Assembly: GCA_020849325.1 (NCBI GenBank)
Contig: JADLGL010000002.1
Span: forward strand, 413-64,412
Direction: 5' to 3'
Length of the DNA stretch: 64,000 nucleotides
Origin: Bauldia sp.
GTDB taxonomy: Bacteria; Pseudomonadota; Alphaproteobacteria; Rhizobiales; Kaistiaceae
The stretch's first letter is position 1. Each line of letters opens with the position of its first letter. The notes beneath the pieces are model-generated. The model did no database searches and was not told where the DNA came from. It saw nothing but the letters and a program-made list of their open reading frames with translations. The position numbers were made by a program, and so were the translations under genes. Of this stretch, positions 17,647 to 25,403 are shown piece by piece.

Positions 17647-18546
17647 ATGGCCGGGGGTTGGGGGAGCGTGGTCGTGCTGCTGCAGCAGGTGCTGACAGGG
17701 CTGGCAACGGGTGCGGTGTATTCGCTGCTGGCGCTGGCGCTGGTGGTGATCCACCAGACCACGCATCACCTCAATCTCGCCCAGGGCGAGATGGCGACGC
17801 TCAGCACGCTCACCGCCTGGCAGCTCCTCAGCTGGGGCGTTCCCTACTGGGCCGCGTTCGCCGTCACGCTCGCGCTGTCCTTCGCCGGCGGCGCCGCGAT
17901 CCAGCGGCTCGTGATGCACCCGCTCCGCGGCGGCAACGCGCTCGTCCAGTTCGCGGCGATGATCGCGCTGTTCCTCCTCGTCAACAGCGTCACCAATGCG
18001 ATCTGGGGACCCAATGCGCGCGCCTTCCCGTCGATCCTCCCGGCCCGGCCGCTCTTCGAGGGCGCACCGATCAGCGGCCAGCGCGTGGGCATCATCCTCG
18101 TCGGCGGCGCGCTCGTCGTCGTCCTCTACCTCTTCCTCCGGCGGAGCCGGCTCGGCCTGAACCTTCGCGCCACGGCGGCCAACCCGGTGCCGGCCCGGCT
18201 CGCCGGCATCGCCGTCGACCGGATGCGGATGATCGGCTGGGGGATCGCGGCAACGATTGGCGCGGCGGCGGGCATGCTCCTGGCGCCGATCGTCACGCTC
18301 GATCCGCAGATGATGTTCAACGTCCTCCCCTTCGCGTTCGCGGCGACGATCGTCGGCGGCGTGTCGAGCCCGCTCGGCGCCGTCGTCGGCGGCCTCGTCA
18401 TCGGGGTGGTCGAGGCGCTGGTGACGATCTACGCGCCGGCGCTCGGCCGCGAGCTGAAGCTGTCGCTCCTATTCGTGGCGATCCTCGCCATTCTCCTCGT
18501 CAGGCCGGAGGGCCTTTTCGTCCGCCGCACCGGGGCGCGGCTGTGA
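17647..18546 (+). CDS. livH: Branched-chain amino acid ABC transporter permease
   Basis: 299-aa polytopic membrane ORF with typical LivH-family composition. First gene of a five-gene ABC transporter operon. Confidence 0.85.
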   Translation: MAGGWGSVVVLLQQVLTGLATGAVYSLLALALVVIHQTTHHLNLAQGEMATLSTLTAWQLLSWGVPYWAAFAVTLALSFAGGAAIQRLVMHPLRGGNALVQFAAMIALFLLVNSVTNAIWGPNARAFPSILPARPLFEGAPISGQRVGIILVGGALVVVLYLFLRRSRLGLNLRATAANPVPARLAGIAVDRMRMIGWGIAATIGAAAGMLLAPIVTLDPQMMFNVLPFAFAATIVGGVSSPLGAVVGGLVIGVVEALVTIYAPALGRELKLSLLFVAILAILLVRPEGLFVRRTGARL

Positions 18547-19529
18547 GCGTCTTCGGCCGGCTCGCCGGGCTCGTCGCGGCGCGCGGCAATGCGCTCCTCA
18601 CCGCGGCCGTCCTCGTCGCGGCGGTGGCGTACCCGTTCCTGTTCCCGGGCTACGCGATCAACTCGATGACGATGGCGATCTGCTACGGCATCGGCATCGT
18701 CGCGCTGAAACTCCTCACCGGCTATGGCGGGCAGTTCTCGCTCGGCCACAGCGCGTTCTTCGCGCTCGGCTCCTACGTCGCATTCATCCTCGCGCCGACG
18801 ATCGGCTTTGCCGCAGCGGTCGCGGTGGCGGGGATCGCCGCGGCGCTCCTCGGCGCGCTCCTCGGCCTCGCCGGCCTCCGGATCAAGGGCCACTATCTCG
18901 GCCTTCTCACCTTCATGGTGGCGCTGGCGCTGTTCCAGATGCCGAAGGCATCGGCGCTCGCGCCGATCACCGGCGGCTCCTCGGGCCTGTTCTACCGGGC
19001 GCCCCTGCCGGCGACGACGCCGGCAGCACGGGACGTCTGGTGGTACTGGATCGTGCTCGCCGTCGCGCTCGCGATCACCGTGGGCGTCCATTTCCTCCTC
19101 CGGAGCCGGTTCGGAAGGGCGCTCCAGGCGAGCCGGGACAACGCCCTCGCAGCGGGCGCGCTCGGCGTCGATACGGCCCTCGTCGACGTATCGGCCTTCG
19201 CGGTGAGCGGCGCGTTTGCAGGCATTGCCGGCGGGCTGCTCGCGGGCGTCATCGGCTACATCAGCTACGACAGTTTCCCCTACACGCTGTCGATCCTTCT
19301 CTTCGTCGGTATGACCGTGACCGGCGCGCGGTCGCTGCCCGCCGCCTATCTCGGCGGCGCGCTCATCGTGTTCGTGCCGACCTGGGCGCACGACATCACG
19401 AGCCGGCTGTCGTGGGCGGTGTATGGTGGCGCGCTCCTCGCCCTTCTCTACATCCAGGTGAACGCGCCGCGCCTGCTCCAGCGACTGACCGGGCGGGAAG
19501 CCACCCGCCCCGTCGGAGACGTGTCATGA
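18543..19529 (+). CDS. livM: Branched-chain amino acid ABC transporter permease
   Basis: GTG at 18543 overlaps the livH stop (GTGA). In frame with track ORF 17619..19529. GYGGQFSLGHSAFFALGSY motif. Confidence 0.85.
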   Translation: MSVFGRLAGLVAARGNALLTAAVLVAAVAYPFLFPGYAINSMTMAICYGIGIVALKLLTGYGGQFSLGHSAFFALGSYVAFILAPTIGFAAAVAVAGIAAALLGALLGLAGLRIKGHYLGLLTFMVALALFQMPKASALAPITGGSSGLFYRAPLPATTPAARDVWWYWIVLAVALAITVGVHFLLRSRFGRALQASRDNALAAGALGVDTALVDVSAFAVSGAFAGIAGGLLAGVIGYISYDSFPYTLSILLFVGMTVTGARSLPAAYLGGALIVFVPTWAHDITSRLSWAVYGGALLALLYIQVNAPRLLQRLTGREATRPVGDVS

Positions 19530-20725
19530 GACTGCCCGCCCTCCTGTCCCCATCCGCCGTGCTGGCTGCCGCGATCGCGCTCGCTTCGCCCGCCGCCGCG
19601 CAGAACCTGCCGGGCGTCTCGGAGACGGAAATCCGCATCGGCAACACGCTGCCCTATACCGGGCCGGCCGCCGCCTACGGCGCCCTCGGCCGGACGTTCG
19701 ACGCCTATTTCGCCATGATCAACGCCGCGGGCGGCGTCAACGGCCGCATGATCCGCTTCATCTCGTACGATGACGGGTTCAGCCCGCCGGTCACCCTCGA
19801 GCAGACGCGGCGTCTCGTCGAGGAGGACGATGTCCTCCTGATTTTCCAGCAGGTCGGCACCAATCCGAGCCTTGCGGTGCGGGACTACCTCAACGCCGCC
19901 GGCGTGCCGCAGCTCTTCGCGTCGAGCGGCAGCCCGCTCCTCGACGATCCCGCGGCCTATCCGTGGACCATGCGGTGGAACCCGTCCTTCGAAGCGGAAG
20001 GCATCGTCTATGCCCGCTACGTCGCCGAAAATTTTCCCGGCGCGAAGGTCGGCATCCTCTACCGGAACGACGAGGCGGGGATCGGGTATGTCGCGGCGAT
20101 GCGGGCGCAGCTGCCGGCGGGAACGCCGATCATCGCGCTCCCCTATGACGTCAACGACCCCACGGTCGACGCCCAGATCGCCGCCTTCCAGGCCGACGGC
20201 GTCGAAGTCTTTCTCGATTTCGCGATCGCCACCGCCGCGAGCCGCGCCATCGCCCGCGCGGCTGAGCTCGGTTGGACGCCGCACCACATCCTGACCAGCG
20301 CCGCAACCGGCGCCGACATCCTCGCCGCCGCCGGACCGGGCAACGCCGTCGGCATCGTCTCGGCCATCTTCATGAAGGATCCGGACCTGCCGGAGTGGGC
20401 CGCGGACGAGGACATCGCCGCGTACCGCACGTTCCTGGCCGAGCATTTTCCCGAAGGGGCGGCCGCCGGCCTCTACGCGCTCGCCGCCTACTCGGCCGCG
20501 GGAACGCTGGTCGACATCCTCCGCGCCGCGGGCGACGATCTCAGCCGGAGCCACATCATGGCGCTCGCGGCCAATCTCGACGAGATGCCGGCGGCAGGTC
20601 TCCTGCCAGGCATCGCGCTCGACACGGACCCAACCGACTACGCGCCGCTCGAGGAGTTCCAGCTGGCGCGGTTCGACGGCACGGCGTTCGTCCCCTTCGG
20701 TCCGATCCTCACCGGCGCGCCGTAG
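19526..20725 (+). CDS. ABC transporter periplasmic substrate-binding protein (Leu/Ile/Val-binding family)
   Basis: ATG at 19526 overlaps the livM stop (ATGA). Signal peptide MRLPALLSPSAVLAAAIALASPAAAQ. Type I periplasmic binding fold pattern (IRIGNTLPYTGPAAAYG). Confidence 0.85.
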   Translation: MRLPALLSPSAVLAAAIALASPAAAQNLPGVSETEIRIGNTLPYTGPAAAYGALGRTFDAYFAMINAAGGVNGRMIRFISYDDGFSPPVTLEQTRRLVEEDDVLLIFQQVGTNPSLAVRDYLNAAGVPQLFASSGSPLLDDPAAYPWTMRWNPSFEAEGIVYARYVAENFPGAKVGILYRNDEAGIGYVAAMRAQLPAGTPIIALPYDVNDPTVDAQIAAFQADGVEVFLDFAIATAASRAIARAAELGWTPHHILTSAATGADILAAAGPGNAVGIVSAIFMKDPDLPEWAADEDIAAYRTFLAEHFPEGAAAGLYALAAYSAAGTLVDILRAAGDDLSRSHIMALAANLDEMPAAGLLPGIALDTDPTDYAPLEEFQLARFDGTAFVPFGPILTGAP

Positions 20726-20727
20726 CG

Positions 20728-21480
20728 ATGCCGGCGATCGCAGCTTCCGTCGGCAGGGGAGCCCGCCTCGCGATCCGCGATCTCCGCGTCGGCTTCGGCG
20801 GGGTAGCCGCCCTCGACGGCGTGAGCCTGGATGCCGCGCCAGGCGAGATCATCGGCGTGATCGGGCCGAACGGCGCGGGCAAGACCACCCTCTTCAACTG
20901 CATCAGCGGCACGGTCCGTCCTTCCGCGGGGACGATCCTTCTCGACGGCGCGCCGCTTGGCCGGTTGCCGCCGCACCGGCGGGCCCGCATCGGCGTGACC
21001 CGGACGTTCCAGAACCTCGCGCTCCTCGACAGCCTGAATGTCCTCGACAATGTCCGGCTCGCCGCCGAACAGGCCGGCCGTCAGCGCTCCGCCGCGGCGC
21101 GGGCCGACGCGACGCGGCTCGTCGCCGCCCTCGGCCTCGACGCCATCGCCCGCGGCCCCGTGGGCGGCCTGCCGGTCGGCACGAGGCGGAAGGTCGAGCT
21201 CGCGCGCGCCATCGCCGGCCGGCCGCGCCTCCTCCTCCTCGACGAGCCGACCTCGGGGCTTTCCGAGATGGAGACCGCCGACGTCATCGCCATTCTTCGC
21301 GCCCAGCATGCGGCGCTCGGCTTCACCGCGCTTCTCGTGGAGCACCAGATGCCGGTGGTGATGGCGCTGTCCGACCGGATCGTTGCGCTCGATTTCGGCC
21401 GAAAGATCGCGGACGGCACGCCCGGGGCGATCCGGCGCGACCCGCTGGTCCTTGCCGCCTATCTCGGCGCGGCGTCGTGA
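20728..21480 (+). CDS. livG: Branched-chain amino acid ABC transporter ATP-binding protein
   Basis: ATG 2 nt after the substrate-binding-protein stop. Walker A GPNGAGKTT, signature LSEME-type region, Walker B LLLLDEP. Confidence 0.88.
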   Translation: MPAIAASVGRGARLAIRDLRVGFGGVAALDGVSLDAAPGEIIGVIGPNGAGKTTLFNCISGTVRPSAGTILLDGAPLGRLPPHRRARIGVTRTFQNLALLDSLNVLDNVRLAAEQAGRQRSAAARADATRLVAALGLDAIARGPVGGLPVGTRRKVELARAIAGRPRLLLLDEPTSGLSEMETADVIAILRAQHAALGFTALLVEHQMPVVMALSDRIVALDFGRKIADGTPGAIRRDPLVLAAYLGAAS

Positions 21481-22184
21481 GCGGGCTCGTCCTTCGCGGG
21501 GTCGGCGCAGGCTATGGCGGGACGCCGGTGCTCTCCGCGATCGACCTTGCGGTTCCCGCCGGAACGGCGGCGGCGATCCTCGGCGTCAACGGCGCCGGGA
21601 AGACCACGCTCCTCCGTGCGATCAGCGGCCTCGTGCCGCCGAGCGGAACGATCACCTTCGACGGCGCGATCCTCTCGGGCCGGTCGCCCGAGGCGATCGC
21701 GCGGCGCGGGATCGCCCATGTCCCCGAGGGGCGCGGCACGTTCAGCGGCTTCAGCGTCGAGGAGAACCTCCGCATCGGCGGGGCGTCGCTCGCGCGCGGC
21801 GAGGTCGACGGCGCGATGGACCGGGTGTTCGCACTGTTCCCGGCGCTCGCCGGACGGCGGCGGCAGATCGCCGGCACGATGAGCGGCGGCGAGCAGCAGA
21901 TGCTCGCGATCGGCCGCGGGCTGATGCTGCGGCCGCGCCTCCTGATGCTGGACGAGCCGTCTTTCGGGCTCGCACCGAAGATCGTGGCGAGCCTCGTGGA
22001 GACGCTCGCCACCGTCCGCGCGCGGGAGGGGCTGTCGCTCCTCCTCGTCGAGCAGAACCTCGTCGCGCTCGAGGGGCTGGTCGGCGAGGTCCACGTCCTG
22101 TCGCGCGGCCGGCTGATCCTCTCCGCGCCGCCACAGGACCCGGCGGTCCGGGAAGCGCTCCGCGCGGCCTATCTCGGGGCGTAG
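21477..22184 (+). CDS. livF: Branched-chain amino acid ABC transporter ATP-binding protein
   Basis: GTG at 21477 overlaps the livG stop (GTGA). Walker A GVNGAGKTT, MSGGEQQML, LLMLDEPS. Confidence 0.88.
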   Translation: MSGLVLRGVGAGYGGTPVLSAIDLAVPAGTAAAILGVNGAGKTTLLRAISGLVPPSGTITFDGAILSGRSPEAIARRGIAHVPEGRGTFSGFSVEENLRIGGASLARGEVDGAMDRVFALFPALAGRRRQIAGTMSGGEQQMLAIGRGLMLRPRLLMLDEPSFGLAPKIVASLVETLATVRAREGLSLLLVEQNLVALEGLVGEVHVLSRGRLILSAPPQDPAVREALRAAYLGA

Positions 22185-22387
22185 TGCGCCGATGTTGCGA
22201 ACCGCCGCGCTTTCGGCATACTCGCCCGCGGCGATGCTTGCGCCCGACCTCCGTTCCGGCACCCACGCCGCCGGCCGCGGGAGGTAAAGGGGATCATGTC
22301 CTCGTAGCACTCGGCTTCGATGTCTTCGGCTCCCGCAGCCGGGGGCCGGAATGCGTGGGGTTTCGGCTCTCGGCCAGAGAGGAACCG

Positions 22388-23713
22388 ATGACACGCAACA
22401 AGCACCTCAAGGACATCGTTCGCGCCCGCATGACGAGGACGGGCGAACGCTACGCCGCCGCCCGCCGCAACGTCGTCGACACGGCGCCGCCCCCGGCCGA
22501 CGGGCGCAGTGCCGTCCCGGCGGATTGGCACCGGCCCGGCACCGTCGCCGGCGCCACGACGCTCGGCATCATGCTCGCCGCCGCCGGGGTGCGCGATCCG
22601 CGCACGGGCGAGCCGTTCACCGAAGCGATGGCGTTCGGCCTTGCCGGCGGCATCGGGATCGGCACGTTCGGCTTCGTCTACGAGAAGGAGGATTTCGCGT
22701 CGCTGTTCATCGGCGGCCGACACCTCTGGCAGAACGACGACCTCTACCTCCGGCGCGCGGCGGCACGGCTCGGCGTGCCGATCGAGGTCCACGAAGGAAC
22801 GCCGCGGGCGACGACCACGGCGCTTCGCGACATCCTCGCCTCCGGCCGTCCGGCGACCGCCTTCGTCGAGGCGGGGCTCCTGCCCCATCGGCGGATGCCG
22901 GCGGCAACGCTCGGCGGCGGCTATCACCTCGTGACGGTCTACCGGCTGGACGACGCCGGCGCCCTCGTCGGCGACCTCGCCGCCGCGCCCTACGAGGTGC
23001 CGCCCGATGCCTTCGCCGAAGCGCGGGCGCGAATCCGCAAGAGCCGGAACCGCGTCGTCGCGCTCGCGCGGACCAATGCGGCCATCGACCTCGCCGCGGC
23101 GGTACGCGACGCCCTTGCGGCATGCGCCGCCGGCCTCGACGGCGCGGATGCCATCGGCAGCCCGCGCAACTTCTCGCTCGACGGACTCGCGGCCCTTGCC
23201 CGGCGGATCGGCGGCACGGGCAAGGATTCGTGGGCGGTGACGGTGCCGGCGGGGCGCCGGCTGTGGAGCGTGCTGACGATGCTGGCGGACTTCGTCGAAG
23301 CCCCCGCGCCAGGCCTCTGCCGGCCGCTCTTCGCCGAGTTCCTCGAAGGGATCGAGGACGTCGTCCCCGGCGCGGCGTCGCTCGGCGGCGCGTATCGGGC
23401 CCTCGGGCTGCGCTGGACGGCGCTCGCCCATGCGGCGCTGCCGGAGGGCGTGCCGGCGTTCGGCCGGGCCCGGCGTCTCAGTCGCGATCTCCGCGCGCAG
23501 AAGGCCATTGCGGGGTCGGCGGCGGCGGCGCGCGTCGCCGACATCGAGGCGGAGCTCGCGGCGATCGGCGCCGAGATGGCGGACTGTTTCCCGCTCGACG
23601 ACGCACAGACCCGCGCGCTTCGGGAAACCCTGCAGGAGAACGTGGTCGCCCTCCACGAGGAAGAAACCCGCCTCCGGCAGGCGATCGGGCAGCTGGCACG
23701 GGCCGGTACGTAG
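22388..23713 (+). CDS. BtrH_N/DUF4872-like protein with a basic N-terminal helical extension
   Basis: In-frame ATG at 22388 inside track ORF 21383..23713, with AGAGAGGA upstream. FTEAMAFGLAGGIGIGTFGFVY resembles the BtrH_N core. The N-terminal extension is MTRNKHLKDIVRARMTRTGERYAAARR. There is no Cys in the N-terminal domain. Confidence 0.55.
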   Translation: MTRNKHLKDIVRARMTRTGERYAAARRNVVDTAPPPADGRSAVPADWHRPGTVAGATTLGIMLAAAGVRDPRTGEPFTEAMAFGLAGGIGIGTFGFVYEKEDFASLFIGGRHLWQNDDLYLRRAAARLGVPIEVHEGTPRATTTALRDILASGRPATAFVEAGLLPHRRMPAATLGGGYHLVTVYRLDDAGALVGDLAAAPYEVPPDAFAEARARIRKSRNRVVALARTNAAIDLAAAVRDALAACAAGLDGADAIGSPRNFSLDGLAALARRIGGTGKDSWAVTVPAGRRLWSVLTMLADFVEAPAPGLCRPLFAEFLEGIEDVVPGAASLGGAYRALGLRWTALAHAALPEGVPAFGRARRLSRDLRAQKAIAGSAAAARVADIEAELAAIGAEMADCFPLDDAQTRALRETLQENVVALHEEETRLRQAIGQLARAGT

Positions 23714-23727
23714 CGAATGAAGGCCGA

Positions 23728-23758
23728 GAGCGTGATCCGTTCGAGGCGGATCACGCTC
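23728..23758. repeat. Family E hairpin unit (partial copy 3)
   Basis: GAGCGTGATCC-GTTCGAGGC-GGATCACGCTC, a perfect 11-bp stem starting 15 nt after the upstream stop codon. Same unit as at 62707-62737 and 54473-54503. Confidence 0.7.
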
Positions 23759-23919
23759 CCGCCTGCATGCATCACGATTCCGTGGCCGCTCGACTGGGGC
23801 CCGGCTGCATCAAAAGCACGCTTGCGGCCGGTATGACCGATGCACGCGGCCGCTGCCTTGCGGCGCGATTTCTCGGCTTCTTCGCGGCATCGCCTCGATT
23901 CCTGCATCCCCGGCTCGGG

Positions 23920-23934
23920 TGGCACGCGGTTTGC
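23920..23934 (+). promoter_or_regulatory. Sigma-54 (RpoN) -24/-12 promoter
   Basis: TGGCACGCGGTTTGC matches the TGGCAC-N5-TTGC consensus exactly. It is intergenic, on the same strand as the DUF1028-TPR gene start and about 150 nt upstream of it. It was the only exact match I found while scanning TGGCAC/GTGCCA occurrences. Confidence 0.6.
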
Positions 23935-24087
23935 CACTGCCTGTTGCGCTGCCGCCGGACGATCCTCCAGGTCTACGTCCCGTCGGATGCAGCAAAATCG
24001 TCGTGCAACAAGGCAACCGGATCGCTCCGGCTGCGCGGCCATTGTCGCGCGCAGTCCGGAACGATCGCGGGTGGAAAGCGAAATCAC

Positions 24088-25179
24088 ATGTTCATCAAGC
24101 GAATTCTGGTCGCCGCCGGGGCGATGACGCTGTTGGCGGGATCGGCTCATGCCGAACCCGGCGACTACAAGTATCAGGAACCTTCAGGCACCTATTCGAT
24201 TGTGGCGTTCGATCCCGACACCGGCGAACTCGGCGTCGCGGTGCAGTCGAACACGATCTCGGTCGGCTCGCGCGTCCGCTGGGGCCGCGCCGGCGTCGCC
24301 GCCATCGCCTCGCAGGCGAGCTCCAACCCGATGATGGGCGAGATCGGCGTCCTCCTGATCCAGCGCGGTTTTACCGCCGTCGAGGCGCGCGACATGCTCG
24401 TCCTCATGGACGACGGCGCCGCCAACCGCCAGTTCGCCATCGTCGACACGGAAGGCAACGCCGCCGGCTGGACCGGCGAGAGCACCTCGGGCTGGGCGGG
24501 CCACATCTGCGCGGTGAACTTCTGCGTCGAGGCCAATACGATGACCGGCCCCGAGGTCGTCAACGACATGGCGACGGCCTACATGACCGCGACCGGCGAG
24601 GGCCTGCCGCTCGCCGAGCGTCTCCTCGCCGCGCTGGAAGCGGCCGAAGCGGCCGGCGGCGACCGCCGCGGCACGCAGTCGGCCGGCCTCATGATCTTCC
24701 GCGAGCAGGCGATCGCCGGATACGGCGACTGGGCGCTCGACATCCGCGTCGACGAATCCCAGGCCCCGATTCCGGAGCTCCGGCGCATCTACAACGCCAA
24801 CATCGCCGGCCAGGCGACGCAGGGCCTCGCGCAACTCATCGAAGCGGGCAACTACGAGGAGGCGCTGACCCGGATCAACGCCGCCCTCGCGCTCGACCCG
24901 CTCCGCGACGCGGCCTATCTGCAGATGGCCGACGTGTACCTCGCGATGGGCGACACCGCGGCCGCGATCGAGGCGCTCGCGATGTCGATCGAGCTGAACC
25001 CGAAAGCGTTCAACCAGATCCTCCGCGATGACGACTTCGAGCCGATCTGGGCCGACCCCGCCTTCCTCGCGCTCGGCGACATCTCCCTGTTCCACCCGCT
25101 CGAGCCGAGCGTGTTCGGCGGCGAAGGCATGCCGCTGCCGCCAATGGAGAACATGCCGGCGCCCTGGGCCACACCCTAG
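24088..25179 (+). CDS. Secreted DUF1028 (Ntn-hydrolase-like) protein with C-terminal TPR-like domain
   Basis: In-frame ATG at 24088 inside track ORF 22351..25179. Signal peptide MFIKRILVAAGAMTLLAGSAHA. The DUF1028 signature TYSIVAFDPDTGELGVAVQSN is preceded by a 12-residue segment. The C-terminal helical repeats include NYEEALTRINAALALDP and YLQMADVYLAMGDTAAAIEAL. Confidence 0.75.
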   Translation: MFIKRILVAAGAMTLLAGSAHAEPGDYKYQEPSGTYSIVAFDPDTGELGVAVQSNTISVGSRVRWGRAGVAAIASQASSNPMMGEIGVLLIQRGFTAVEARDMLVLMDDGAANRQFAIVDTEGNAAGWTGESTSGWAGHICAVNFCVEANTMTGPEVVNDMATAYMTATGEGLPLAERLLAALEAAEAAGGDRRGTQSAGLMIFREQAIAGYGDWALDIRVDESQAPIPELRRIYNANIAGQATQGLAQLIEAGNYEEALTRINAALALDPLRDAAYLQMADVYLAMGDTAAAIEALAMSIELNPKAFNQILRDDDFEPIWADPAFLALGDISLFHPLEPSVFGGEGMPLPPMENMPAPWATP

Positions 25180-25368
25180 TGGTTCGAGGCACCCCGGATC
25201 ACTCCCGGAGCCTCAACGGCATTTGCCTCTCCCCGTCGGGGAGAGGCCTTCGCAGCCTGGTGAGGCGAAGCCGAACCTGGCGAGAAGGGTGAGAGGGCCT
25301 TGGTCGTGAGTTTCCACGGGCGCGGCCCCCCCACCCTTCTTCCCGAACGGGGCGAGGGAAACGGGCGA
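25179..25368. repeat. Composite intergenic repeat, families B plus C (copy 2)
   Basis: Starts at the last base of the stop codon (GTGGTTCGAGGCACCCCGGATCACTCCCGGAGCC). Contains hairpin CTCTCCCCGTCGGGGAGAG, then TTCGCAGCCTGGTGAGGCGAAGCCGAACCTGGCGA, and ends CTTCTTCCCGAACGGGGCGAGGGAAACGG. Colinear with 33434-33598. Confidence 0.8.
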
Positions 25369-25403
25369 TCCCGTCGAGCCTGATCCGGCAAGCCGGACTA
25401 TGC

